DNA of 53,298 nucleotides, from contig CACYCI010000015.1 of the NCBI GenBank assembly GCA_902772845.1, positions 1 through 53,298 on the forward strand, in the 5' to 3' direction. Positions 27,276 to 36,665 of this stretch are shown in pieces (positions within the stretch are counted from its first letter, which is position 1; the number at the start of each line of letters is the position of its first letter). The notes under the pieces are model-generated. The model was not told the origin of the DNA and searched no databases. It saw only the letters and a program-made list of their open reading frames with translations. Source of the stretch: an uncultured Ruminococcus sp. (GTDB lineage: Bacteria; Bacillota; Clostridia; Oscillospirales; CAG-382). The translations under genes and the position numbers were made by a program.

Positions 27276-28220
27276 ATGATCCGGCATAAAGGTGTGGTCG
27301 TACATCCCGATGAGATCACGCAGACCTGGAAAAACGTTATACTCGGTTCGGATATAGATTTCATCGGCGTCCATCCGGTCGGCGGCGAAGGTTCGCACAC
27401 GCGCGTGCGGGATATCGCGGAAAACGGGCTGCCCGGCGAATGCGCGGACAACGCGCGCGAGCTCGTAAAGCACGGAGTGGGGCTGGAATACGAGCTTCAC
27501 GTCATGTCGCTGCTGCTGCCGCGCTCGCTTTTTGCCGAACATCCGGAATATTTCCGCCTGGATGAAAACGGAAACCGCAACGCAGATTATAACTGCTGCG
27601 CTTCCGACGCCGACGCGCTCGAGATCATTTCCCGGAACGCTTGCGAGCTTGCAAAAAAGCTGCCGTCCACAACTCACCGTTACTGCTTCTGGCTCGACGA
27701 CGTGCGCGACAAATGCTGTCACTGCCCGGAATGCTCGCGCCTTTCGGTTTCCGATCAGGCGCTTGCGGTCTATAACGCCGTTCAGCGCGGAATAAGGCGC
27801 GCCGACAGTCTGGGAAGACAATCGTATCTCGCGTACTGCGGAGCGGTGGAGCTGCCTGAACACGTCACGCCCGAAGAAGGGGTGTATCTGGAATATGCGC
27901 CGTTCGACCGCGATTTCCGTAAACCCATGTCAGATCCCGCCAACGCGGCTTCCGCAAGATCGGCGCGCGAACTTGCGGCGTTTTTCGGCGCGGACGAAAG
28001 CAAGGTGCTGGAATACTGGCTCGACAATTCAATGTTTTCGGGCTGGAAGAAACCGCCAAAGCGGCTTGACGTCGATCCTGAACTTATCAAACGCGATCTC
28101 GAATTCTACGATTCGCTCGGTTACGGCGCCGTAACGACTTTTGCGTGCTATCTCGGTGCGGATTACGAAGAACTGTGGGGCGCGCCCGATCTGGGCGGCT
28201 ACGCGGTATTCGACAAATAA
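27276..28220 (+). CDS. Cytoplasmic DUF4838-like protein
   Basis: EHPEYFR, NCCASD, WLDD...CHCPEC, SYLAY, LEYAP, LEYWLD; no signal peptide; RBS GAGGTG. Confidence 0.65.
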   Translation: MIRHKGVVVHPDEITQTWKNVILGSDIDFIGVHPVGGEGSHTRVRDIAENGLPGECADNARELVKHGVGLEYELHVMSLLLPRSLFAEHPEYFRLDENGNRNADYNCCASDADALEIISRNACELAKKLPSTTHRYCFWLDDVRDKCCHCPECSRLSVSDQALAVYNAVQRGIRRADSLGRQSYLAYCGAVELPEHVTPEEGVYLEYAPFDRDFRKPMSDPANAASARSARELAAFFGADESKVLEYWLDNSMFSGWKKPPKRLDVDPELIKRDLEFYDSLGYGAVTTFACYLGADYEELWGAPDLGGYAVFDK

Positions 28221-28256
28221 CATTATTATATTATATAAAAGCCAAAGGAGTATGAA

Positions 28257-29102
28257 ATGGAATTTATTGAAGTGGTAAATCAAAATCAACACATGCAGGG
28301 CTTCACTTCGGACGCAGAACACAAATTCATGTTCTGGTCGTTCACCGACAGCGTAGTCAAGACAAATATGGAAGGCACGGTCATCTGCCAGGTCCATTGC
28401 GATGACAACGGGCACCTCGGCGGTATGGACTGGCACGACGGCAAGGTGTATGTCAGCTTTATGGCAAATCCTTCGCCGTGGACTTTCTGGAACGATTGGT
28501 CAGGTTATTATATCTTCGTTTACGACGACCGTGACCTGCGTCTTATAGAAAAGATAAAGCTTGACGAGTGCATGGACATGAAGGTGAACAAGGTGGACGG
28601 CTTTCAGGGGATAGACGGCATCGCTTTCGGAAAAGCGCCTGATACCGGGGAAACGCGTATGTTCGTTGCGGTCGCAACCGACAGCGGCGAAGAGATCGCG
28701 CACGAGATGATACTTCAGATCGGCACCGACAACAAAATAGAAAAGATCCACTATATCCCCAACAAGAATACCATATTCGGCATACAGAACCTCGATTACG
28801 AAGAAGATACCGGCTGCTTCTGGATCACGACCTACGGGCAGCATTTCCCGTATCAGGCGGAAGAGACGCTTTACCGTATCGCCCCGACGCTCGACAGGGT
28901 AGAGGCGAAATACAAGTTTTCCACGCCTTACGGGTTCGAATGCCTCGGCAACGGCGAATACTACTGCTCCATACAGTCCGGAAAGAACGGCCACCAGAAA
29001 GGCATAGCTTATAAATGCAGGGCGGATATTTTTGAAAACAAATTGAGCGAGCAGGAAGCGCGCGATTTCTTTGCGAAGATGCTGAAAGAAGAAAATGCAT
29101 AA
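28257..29102 (+). CDS. Hypothetical protein, probable beta-propeller
   Basis: RBS AAGGAG; blade-like motifs HMQGF, GHLGGMDWHDGKVYV, GIDGIAF, GIQNLDY. Confidence 0.7.
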   Translation: MEFIEVVNQNQHMQGFTSDAEHKFMFWSFTDSVVKTNMEGTVICQVHCDDNGHLGGMDWHDGKVYVSFMANPSPWTFWNDWSGYYIFVYDDRDLRLIEKIKLDECMDMKVNKVDGFQGIDGIAFGKAPDTGETRMFVAVATDSGEEIAHEMILQIGTDNKIEKIHYIPNKNTIFGIQNLDYEEDTGCFWITTYGQHFPYQAEETLYRIAPTLDRVEAKYKFSTPYGFECLGNGEYYCSIQSGKNGHQKGIAYKCRADIFENKLSEQEARDFFAKMLKEENA

Positions 29103-29133
29103 AACCGTTTTTATACAGCGGTTTTATGCAAAA
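29097..29133 (+). terminator. Probable terminator hairpin
   Basis: GCATAAAACCGT...GCGGTTTTATGC inverted repeat overlapping the stop codon. Confidence 0.6.
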
Positions 29134-29200
29134 CACGGTATTCCTTCGGCAAAGAGAACGGAAAATTATAATAAAAATGTATTATACAGCTAATTTTTTC

Positions 29201-29228
29201 TTGACATATCAAAAAATTGTGCTATAAT
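29201..29228 (+). promoter_or_regulatory. Sigma-A promoter of the opp operon
   Basis: TTGACA-16-TATAAT with extended TG. Confidence 0.8.
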
Positions 29229-29308
29229 ACAGGATAAACTAATTTAATTTTGCTTGATTGAAATTAAATCAGTAAAAACAAAAAACAATTTTTCATAGGA
29301 GGAACAAA

Positions 29309-31783
29309 ATGAAAAAGAAAATTCTCGCCGGCGTATTGGCCGTGTTGTTTGTTTTCTCTGCCACTCTCCTCGGCGCCTGCGGCAACGGCAGCAAAGATAA
29401 CAAGTCCTATACGCTGAATGAATTCCTTGGCGCAAGTCCTCTCAACTGGAACCCGCATTCCTGGGAGACTAACGCAGACAACTATTTCGCCGGCTACTGC
29501 GAAATGGGCCTCGTCGACGTCAGCATAGCCGCCGACGGCGTCAACTTCGAATGGGTCTACGAAATGGCTACCGACGTCACGGATATCACCAAGGATTTTG
29601 CCGATAAAGAAAAATGGCAGATCCCCGCTGACGCAGAAAGCGAATACGTTTACAAGATCGCCCTTAACCCCAATGCAAAATGGCAGGACGGCACCGCTAT
29701 CAACGCAGACACTTACATCGAATCCATGCGGCGTCTGCTTGACCCCAAAATGCAGAACTACCGTTCCAATACCTATACTTCCGGCGATGCTTCCCTGAAG
29801 AACGCCGATAAGTATTTCAACTCCGAACTTCCCATTTACGCTCCTGTGGTTGCTCCTTATGCTGAAGGCGAAGAAGGCGATTATTCTTTCGATATCGAAG
29901 CCAACACCGCATATCTCAATTTCGGCGCCACCAACATGACTCTCTATCCGTCGAGCATCAACGCTCTGCAGGAAGACTACGGCATGATCAAGAACGTGGA
30001 AGGCGGTTTCCAGGGTCTCACTGCTTTCAGCGAACTCAAGTCTCAGGCAAACTATCTCGGCTACATTGAGATCAACGCCGGCAACAAAGAGCTTGTCGAC
30101 GGCATCTGCGCTCAGATCCTTTCTCTCTTTAGCATTTCCGATCCCGATGAGGTCGCAAAGTACAGCAAAGAAATGATGTTCTATAACACCGGCAAGTTCA
30201 GCGATCCGTTTGATTTCGCTAACGTTGGTATCTACAAGACCGGCGATTATGAGATCGTTTACATCTGCCAGGATCCCTGCGACAGATTCAATTTCCTCGT
30301 TCACCTCACTTCTAACTGGATCGTCAAGACCGATATCTACGATGGCGGCAAGAAACAGGAACAGGATCTCGTCACCACCAACTACGGTACTTCTGTAGAT
30401 ACTTATTGTTCCTACGGTCCTTACAAGCTCGCCAGCTTCGAAAAAGACAAACTTTTCGTTATGGAAAAGAATGATCAGTGGTACGGCTGGACCGACGGCA
30501 AACACGAAGGTCAATATCAGACCACCGCTATCAAGTGCCAGGTCATCGCCGATCACACCACCGCTCTCCAGCTCTTCCTCAAGGGCGAACTCGACACCGT
30601 GGACCTCAGCTCCACCGATATGCCCACCTACAAGATGTCCGATTACCTCCTCAAGACCGATCAAACCTACACCTTCCGTTACATTTTCGCAACGGATATT
30701 ACCGCTCTGACCGCTCTTGAACAGGGTGATTCCACCATCAACAAACGCATCCTTTCTTACAGAGATTTCCGTAAAGCCATCTCTCTTGCCATCAACAGAG
30801 CCGACTTTGCAAAACAGGCAACTCCCGCATACAAACCCGCTTACTACCTCTACAACTATCTGTACTACTACAACATAGCCAACGACACCGAATCCATCTA
30901 CCGTAACACCGATGAAGCCCGCAACGCGGTCCTCCGTCTCTACGGTATCGAATACGGAGAAGGCAAGACCTACGCTACCGCTGAAGAAGCTTACAACGCT
31001 GTCACCGGTTACGACGTAGAAGAAGCCAAGAAGCTCTTCACCGCCGCTTACGACGCTGCCAAAGCCGACGGCAACTACACCGACGGCCAGAAGATCGTTA
31101 TCAACTGCATGTGCTCCGCTGCCGCCACTCTCGACGAAGACGACACCAAGCAGCAGGAACTGCTCAACCAGTACTGCGCAGCTGCTACCGAAGGCACTCC
31201 TCTCCAAGGCAAGATCCAGTTCGTGTTCAAATCCGGCGCTGACAAACGTTATGACGACGTTGCTGCCGGCAAGATCGAAATGATCCGCGGCGCTTGGGGC
31301 GGTGCTGCATTCTATCCGTTCTCCTCTATCCGCTGCTACACCGAACCCGATTACATGGGCGGCCTCAACAAGATCCATGAATCCTGCGGTTGGAATCCGT
31401 CCGCCGTTAAAGTTACCATCACCGCTGATTTCTACGGTGAAGGCGAACAGACAATGGAAAAATCGCTCCAGAACTGGGCTAAGCTGCTCAACGGCAACAT
31501 CACCGACGAAGACGGCAACGTTGTTGAAAAAGCTTTCACCAATCCTAAGGCGAAACTCACTGTCCTCTCCACCCTCGAATACGAAGTCCTCAATGCATAT
31601 CAGTGCATCCCCTTCGCTGCCGAGACTGCTGCTACTCTCTTCTCCAAGAAGATCAAGTACGCTACGCTCAACTACAACATCATGTACGGCTACGGCGGAA
31701 TCCGTCTTATGACCTACAACTATGATGACGAAGCCTGGGCCAAGTATGTTGCCGACCAGGGCGGCACCCTCTCTTACAACTAA
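29309..31783 (+). CDS. oppA: Oligopeptide ABC transporter substrate-binding lipoprotein (large, 824 aa)
   Basis: RBS AGGAGG; lipobox LGAC; LNPNAKWQDGTAINAD, SYGPYKL, FRKAISLAINR family-5 SBP motifs; strongly biased codon usage. Confidence 0.9.
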   Translation: MKKKILAGVLAVLFVFSATLLGACGNGSKDNKSYTLNEFLGASPLNWNPHSWETNADNYFAGYCEMGLVDVSIAADGVNFEWVYEMATDVTDITKDFADKEKWQIPADAESEYVYKIALNPNAKWQDGTAINADTYIESMRRLLDPKMQNYRSNTYTSGDASLKNADKYFNSELPIYAPVVAPYAEGEEGDYSFDIEANTAYLNFGATNMTLYPSSINALQEDYGMIKNVEGGFQGLTAFSELKSQANYLGYIEINAGNKELVDGICAQILSLFSISDPDEVAKYSKEMMFYNTGKFSDPFDFANVGIYKTGDYEIVYICQDPCDRFNFLVHLTSNWIVKTDIYDGGKKQEQDLVTTNYGTSVDTYCSYGPYKLASFEKDKLFVMEKNDQWYGWTDGKHEGQYQTTAIKCQVIADHTTALQLFLKGELDTVDLSSTDMPTYKMSDYLLKTDQTYTFRYIFATDITALTALEQGDSTINKRILSYRDFRKAISLAINRADFAKQATPAYKPAYYLYNYLYYYNIANDTESIYRNTDEARNAVLRLYGIEYGEGKTYATAEEAYNAVTGYDVEEAKKLFTAAYDAAKADGNYTDGQKIVINCMCSAAATLDEDDTKQQELLNQYCAAATEGTPLQGKIQFVFKSGADKRYDDVAAGKIEMIRGAWGGAAFYPFSSIRCYTEPDYMGGLNKIHESCGWNPSAVKVTITADFYGEGEQTMEKSLQNWAKLLNGNITDEDGNVVEKAFTNPKAKLTVLSTLEYEVLNAYQCIPFAAETAATLFSKKIKYATLNYNIMYGYGGIRLMTYNYDDEAWAKYVADQGGTLSYN

Positions 31784-31845
31784 TACCAATTACAAGCGGT
31801 ATTATCATTTGCCGCGCAGTGCGGTGAATTGAACAGATTATCTTG

Positions 31846-31877
31846 TCGCAAGCGCGGTCTGCGGACCGCGCTTGCGA
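31846..31877 (+). promoter_or_regulatory. Strong stem-loop after oppA (mRNA stabiliser or partial terminator)
   Basis: 14-bp perfect stem TCGCAAGCGCGGTC-TGCG-GACCGCGCTTGCGA without an immediate U-tract. Confidence 0.65.
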
Positions 31878-32003
31878 AAGGTGTTTTTATAGGGAAACTG
31901 TGTTTTTTACTCAATTATTACTACCAAAGGCGTATGTTGTTTACCGGGCCGCGAAAGCGGTTTTCACGGACCGATAAACGATATATGCTCGGGAGATTGA
32001 AAA

Positions 32004-32972
32004 ATGGCAAAATTCATTTATATTCTTAAAAGACTTGGCGCGATGCTTCTGACGTTGATCGTTATTTACGTAATATCGTTCGTGCTTATAAAGCTCCTTC
32101 CCGTGGAAAAGCCGATGGGCCAGGGCAACCAGGCGCGTATAGAAGAAGCGCGCCGTGAAGCGCTCGGCTATAACAAGCCGATCATGGAACAGCTTTGGAT
32201 CTATACCAGGAACATCATAACAAAATGGGACTGGGGCACTTCGTGGAAGATCGACTATATGGCTGACGTCGGCGACGTTATTGCCACTCGGCTTCCGCCC
32301 ACGATACTTATCAACGTCTATTCGCTGTTGTTTTCCATACCGATGGGCGTTATTCTGGGTATTTTCGCCGCCATAAAAAAGAACAAATGGCAGGATCAGG
32401 TCATTTCGGTCCTTATCATGCTGTTTATTTCCGTGCCAAGTTACGTTTATGCGTTTTTGGTGCAGTACATACTGGGGTTCAAGGCCGGGTGGTTCCCGCT
32501 GGTCGTCTCGTCGTTGTACGACGCGGGCGGCTCGTGGTTCTCGTGGACTATGTTCCATTCAATGATCTTGCCTGTGCTTTCGCTTTCGTTCGGCGATATA
32601 GCCGGTCTCGCGCGCTTTACCCGCGCGGAACTCACCGAACAGCTTTCCAGCGATTATATGCTGCTTGCCAGGACTAAAGGTCTTACCCGCTCTCAGGCGA
32701 CTGTGCGCCACGCGCTCAAGAACGCGATGGTACCTATTTTGCCGTCGATCATTTCCATGTTTGTCGGCGTGCTCGGCGGTTCGCTCGTCATAGAGCAGAT
32801 CTTCGGCGTCCCCGGTATCGGCGCGCTGTTCCTCAAGAGCATCAACCTTAAGGATTACGACGTGTTTATGGCGACGAGTATGTTCTACACGGTCATAGGG
32901 CTGGCCGCGAACATCCTGATCGACCTTAGCTACGGCTTCCTCGACCCGCGCATCCGCATGGGTGAAAGATAA
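32004..32972 (+). CDS. oppB: Oligopeptide ABC permease
   Basis: YILKRL, DWGTS, SDYMLLARTKGL, RHALKNAM, IEQIFGVPGIG, DLSYGFLDPRIR. Confidence 0.93.
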   Translation: MAKFIYILKRLGAMLLTLIVIYVISFVLIKLLPVEKPMGQGNQARIEEARREALGYNKPIMEQLWIYTRNIITKWDWGTSWKIDYMADVGDVIATRLPPTILINVYSLLFSIPMGVILGIFAAIKKNKWQDQVISVLIMLFISVPSYVYAFLVQYILGFKAGWFPLVVSSLYDAGGSWFSWTMFHSMILPVLSLSFGDIAGLARFTRAELTEQLSSDYMLLARTKGLTRSQATVRHALKNAMVPILPSIISMFVGVLGGSLVIEQIFGVPGIGALFLKSINLKDYDVFMATSMFYTVIGLAANILIDLSYGFLDPRIRMGER

Positions 32973-32990
32973 CGAAAGGAGACAGGTACG

Positions 32991-34523
32991 GTGGATATCA
33001 ATAACATTCCTCATGAAAAACTACAGTTCGCCGAAGGCGGCCTGCAGCTGCACGACCAGAAATTCGAAACCAAACCCATCGGTTTCCTCAAAGACGCCTG
33101 GCTCCGTTTCAAAAAGAACAAGGGCTCTATAGTAGCCGCTATCATAATTCTCTTTATCATCGCTTTCGCCGTTTTGGGACCTCTCTTTTCGTCCTATGCT
33201 GTCAGCGACAGCGACGCAAACTACACCCTCTGCCGCCCGGATCTCGGACTTGGTCTTCCGTTTTGGAACGGCGACAAAGAGATGCGGCTCAACGATAACT
33301 ACGTGGCTCTGCTTTACGGGATCGGCTACGGCGCCGAAGATCCCGACGGCACCGGCAACGTAAAATGGCAGCAGGCGGTAGATTCCGATTATGCCTGCAT
33401 TGTCAACGTTAAAGATTCCGTTATGGAATCCGGTATGCACTACACTTATTGCGACGTCGATACCGTTATGCGCGTCGGCTTCAGCTATCAGACCATCACT
33501 ATGAAAGAATTCGAAAAGATAAGAGAATGGGAAAAAGAGACCGGCATCCGCGTCATATATCCCATGGTCGATACCGAAAACGAATTCTGCATGGACCCCG
33601 ACGACGCCAACTTCTGGTATAAATGCATAGGCAAATCGCCTATGACCGCCAACGGCGGCCGCGCAAGTTTGGAATACCTCCAGTCCGCCGGCTATGTGGA
33701 TAACTACAAGCGCGACGCAGACGGCAATATCATGTTCTATGTCAATAAAGACAAGACCATGATCAACACGCGCGTGCTTTATTACAACTATTACCGTTAT
33801 ATGCACGAAGGCAGCACCCCCACTCATATCTTCGGTACCGACGGTCAGGGCTACGATATATTCATCCGCCTCGCTTCCGGCGCCCGCATCTCGCTGCTGC
33901 TCGCTTTCGGCGTTTCTATAATCAATCTCACCATCGGCGCTTTCTATGGCGCAATCGAGGGTTACTACGGCGGCATTACGGATATGATCATGGAACGTAT
34001 TTCTGATATCCTCGCCGACGTTCCGTTCATCATAGTTGCTACGCTTTTCCAGCAGCATTTCGTGCAGACCGGTAAGGTCTCGGCTTTCACGGGCTTGCTG
34101 TTCGCGTTCGTGCTGACCGGCTGGCTTGGCACCGCGTACCGGGTAAGGACTCAGTTCTACCGCTTTAAGAACCAGGAATACGTGCTTGCAGCGCGTACTC
34201 TCGGCGCCAGCGATATGAGAATAATGTGGAAACACATTTTCCCCAACTCGCTCGGTACGATCATCACTTCTTCGGTGCTGGTCATCCCAAGCGTTATCTT
34301 CTCGGAATCCATGCTTTCCTTCCTCGGTATAGTGAACTTCCAGAGCAAGGATATGACGAGTATAGGTACGCTGCTTTCCAACGGGCAGAAATACCTTTCC
34401 ACCGATCCGCACGTCATTTTCTTCCCGGCGCTGGTCATCTCGCTGCTGATGATCTCGTTCAATCTGTTCGGTAACGGTCTGCGCGACGCCTTCAACCCGT
34501 CGCTCAGAGGAACGGAGGAATAA
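32991..34523 (+). CDS. oppC: Oligopeptide ABC permease with enlarged extracellular loop
   Basis: DAWLRFKKNK, HIFGTDGQGYD, EYVLAARTLGAS, FNLFGNGLRDAFNP; GTG start after AGGAG. Confidence 0.92.
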   Translation: MDINNIPHEKLQFAEGGLQLHDQKFETKPIGFLKDAWLRFKKNKGSIVAAIIILFIIAFAVLGPLFSSYAVSDSDANYTLCRPDLGLGLPFWNGDKEMRLNDNYVALLYGIGYGAEDPDGTGNVKWQQAVDSDYACIVNVKDSVMESGMHYTYCDVDTVMRVGFSYQTITMKEFEKIREWEKETGIRVIYPMVDTENEFCMDPDDANFWYKCIGKSPMTANGGRASLEYLQSAGYVDNYKRDADGNIMFYVNKDKTMINTRVLYYNYYRYMHEGSTPTHIFGTDGQGYDIFIRLASGARISLLLAFGVSIINLTIGAFYGAIEGYYGGITDMIMERISDILADVPFIIVATLFQQHFVQTGKVSAFTGLLFAFVLTGWLGTAYRVRTQFYRFKNQEYVLAARTLGASDMRIMWKHIFPNSLGTIITSSVLVIPSVIFSESMLSFLGIVNFQSKDMTSIGTLLSNGQKYLSTDPHVIFFPALVISLLMISFNLFGNGLRDAFNPSLRGTEE

Positions 34524-34526
34524 GTC

Positions 34527-36665
34527 ATGGCTATACTTTCTGTTAAAAATCTCATTATATCATTCAGGACTAATAACGGCACCGTCAAGGCGGTCCGCGA
34601 CGTCTCTTTCGACGTCGAAAAGGGCGAAACGCTCGCCATAGTCGGCGAATCCGGCTCCGGCAAATCCGTTTCCATGCGTGCCGTAATGGGTATACTTGCC
34701 GGCAACTCCATAGTCGAAGGCGGGGAGATCCTGTTTTCCGGCATGGACCTTCTCAAGATTTCCGAAGACGATTTCCATCATATCCGCGGCAATAAGATCT
34801 CCATGATCTTCCAGGATACGCTTTCCAGCTTGAACCCGATCATTAAGGTCGGCAAACAGCTCACCGAAGCCATGATCCTCAACGGCAAAGCCAACCAGCG
34901 CGAATCCAAAGCGGATTTCAACGATAAGATCAAGGTGCTCGAATCCGCTATGAACGGCGCTTATGAGCACGGTTACGAAGGCGCTTCCGAACCGGAAAAA
35001 ACTTCGGCGGATATCAAAAAGCTCACTGGCTTTGTGGAATCCGGCAACGAACTTGAATCGCATTACAACGCGGCATACGACCGCGCTCAAAACACCATCA
35101 ACAGTATCAAGCACATCCTTATACAGCTTATCAACCAGCCCCCCAAAGCGGTAGGCAAGCTTATCGATCAAATGCTCAAACCTGCCGACAAGGTCTATGA
35201 CGAATTCCTTATAGCCGAATCGGACGAAAGCTATAAAGCTCTGCTCGCCTCCGTAAAAGCCGAAAAGGCCGCTTACGTTTCCGGCGGTGAAAAGGAAAAG
35301 ATCAAGGAATGCCTCAACGAGCTTTTCACGCGGCTCGACACCGCCTGCAAACGCGAAAAACCGAATTTCTTCACGCTCGGCTACCACGTTTACGCACATC
35401 CCGAAAACAAGCTGGACATTTCCGATATCGCCGCGCTCAATGCAAAAACGCGCAAGGTGCTCGATGAAGAGTTCATGCTCGATTTTCTTAAGGGCGTTCG
35501 CGCAGGCGTCAAGTATTCGTTCGACGTTTCCATAGAAAACAAAAAGAAATCGATCGACGAACTCGAAGCCGCCCGTAAGTTCCTTTCGGACAACGTTTAC
35601 GATGAATCGCGTGATAAGGCAACGTACAAGAAACTTGTCGAAACACTTTCCGATTCCGTCGAAAGCGGCATCGACCGCCTTGATATCGACAAAGACAGCT
35701 ACGCTTATACGTTCCGCAGCACTTTCGGCGCCGCCATGGAAACTTTTCTCCATGCACAGGAGCTCGATAAACGCAAAGCGGCAGGTAAGCATATCCCCAA
35801 AAAGCAGCGCGTGTTTGCCGAAAATATCAATATGCAGCTGTATCAGCACAATATAGAGCTTTCTATCGATAAGGTCGTCGAAAACTACAAAAACCAGATC
35901 GAAAAAGCCAAGACCGCCGATTTTTCCAATTACGGCGTGGAGATAATAGACTATATCAAGGACAAAGCTTCCAAAATGGTCTATAAAGTCACCAAAGCCA
36001 TGGCAAAAGACAGGGCGATCAACCTTATGGAAGAAGTCGGTATCCCCGAACCGCGCAAGAGATATAAGCAGTACCCGTTCCAGTTCTCCGGCGGTATGCG
36101 TCAGCGCGTTGTTATAGCTATCGCGCTTTCCGCCAACCCCGATATCCTCATCTGCGACGAGCCGACTACCGCGCTGGACGTCACTATTCAGGCGCAGATC
36201 CTTGAACTCATCAATAACCTCAAACGCGAAAGACAGCTCACTGTCATATTCATTACCCACGATCTCGGCGTTGTGGCAAACGTCGCCGATAAAATCGCCG
36301 TGATGTACGCGGGCAAGGTGGTGGAATACGGCACTACGGACGACTTGTTCTACTCGCCCGCCCACCCCTACACATGGGCTCTGCTTTCGTCCATGCCGGA
36401 TCTCGACACCAAGGACAAACTGGAAGCCATCCCCGGCACCCCGCCCGATATGCTGTTCCCGCCCAAAGGCGACGCTTTTGCCGTAAGAAACAAATATGCG
36501 CTCAAGATCGATTTTGAAGAGATGCCGCCTTTCTTTGAAATATCTCCTACACACAAAGCGGCTACCTGGCTGCTCCATCCGGACGCACCCAAGGTGGAAC
36601 CTCCAAAGATCGTGACAGACCGCATAGAAAGAATGAAAAGAAACGGAGGCGTGAACAATGGCTGA
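34527..36665 (+). CDS. oppD: Oligopeptide ABC ATP-binding protein with large internal insertion
   Basis: GESGSGKS, SMIFQD, YPFQFSGGMRQR, CDEPTTALDVTIQAQI, HPYTWALL. Confidence 0.93.
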   Translation: MAILSVKNLIISFRTNNGTVKAVRDVSFDVEKGETLAIVGESGSGKSVSMRAVMGILAGNSIVEGGEILFSGMDLLKISEDDFHHIRGNKISMIFQDTLSSLNPIIKVGKQLTEAMILNGKANQRESKADFNDKIKVLESAMNGAYEHGYEGASEPEKTSADIKKLTGFVESGNELESHYNAAYDRAQNTINSIKHILIQLINQPPKAVGKLIDQMLKPADKVYDEFLIAESDESYKALLASVKAEKAAYVSGGEKEKIKECLNELFTRLDTACKREKPNFFTLGYHVYAHPENKLDISDIAALNAKTRKVLDEEFMLDFLKGVRAGVKYSFDVSIENKKKSIDELEAARKFLSDNVYDESRDKATYKKLVETLSDSVESGIDRLDIDKDSYAYTFRSTFGAAMETFLHAQELDKRKAAGKHIPKKQRVFAENINMQLYQHNIELSIDKVVENYKNQIEKAKTADFSNYGVEIIDYIKDKASKMVYKVTKAMAKDRAINLMEEVGIPEPRKRYKQYPFQFSGGMRQRVVIAIALSANPDILICDEPTTALDVTIQAQILELINNLKRERQLTVIFITHDLGVVANVADKIAVMYAGKVVEYGTTDDLFYSPAHPYTWALLSSMPDLDTKDKLEAIPGTPPDMLFPPKGDAFAVRNKYALKIDFEEMPPFFEISPTHKAATWLLHPDAPKVEPPKIVTDRIERMKRNGGVNNG

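Noticed and set aside
29160-29300. Possible CodY boxes in the AT-rich opp promoter
   Set aside because: Only weak partial matches to AATTTTCWGAAAATT, expected by chance in AT-rich DNA
29264-31789. 841-aa minus-strand ORF spanning oppA
   Set aside because: Explained by oppA avoiding TTA/CTA/TCA codons; coextensive with oppA, no RBS or recognisable domain
34885-35990. OppD insert as an intein or mobile element
   Set aside because: No recognisable intein splice junctions (no C-terminal His-Asn), no endonuclease motifs, no terminal repeats
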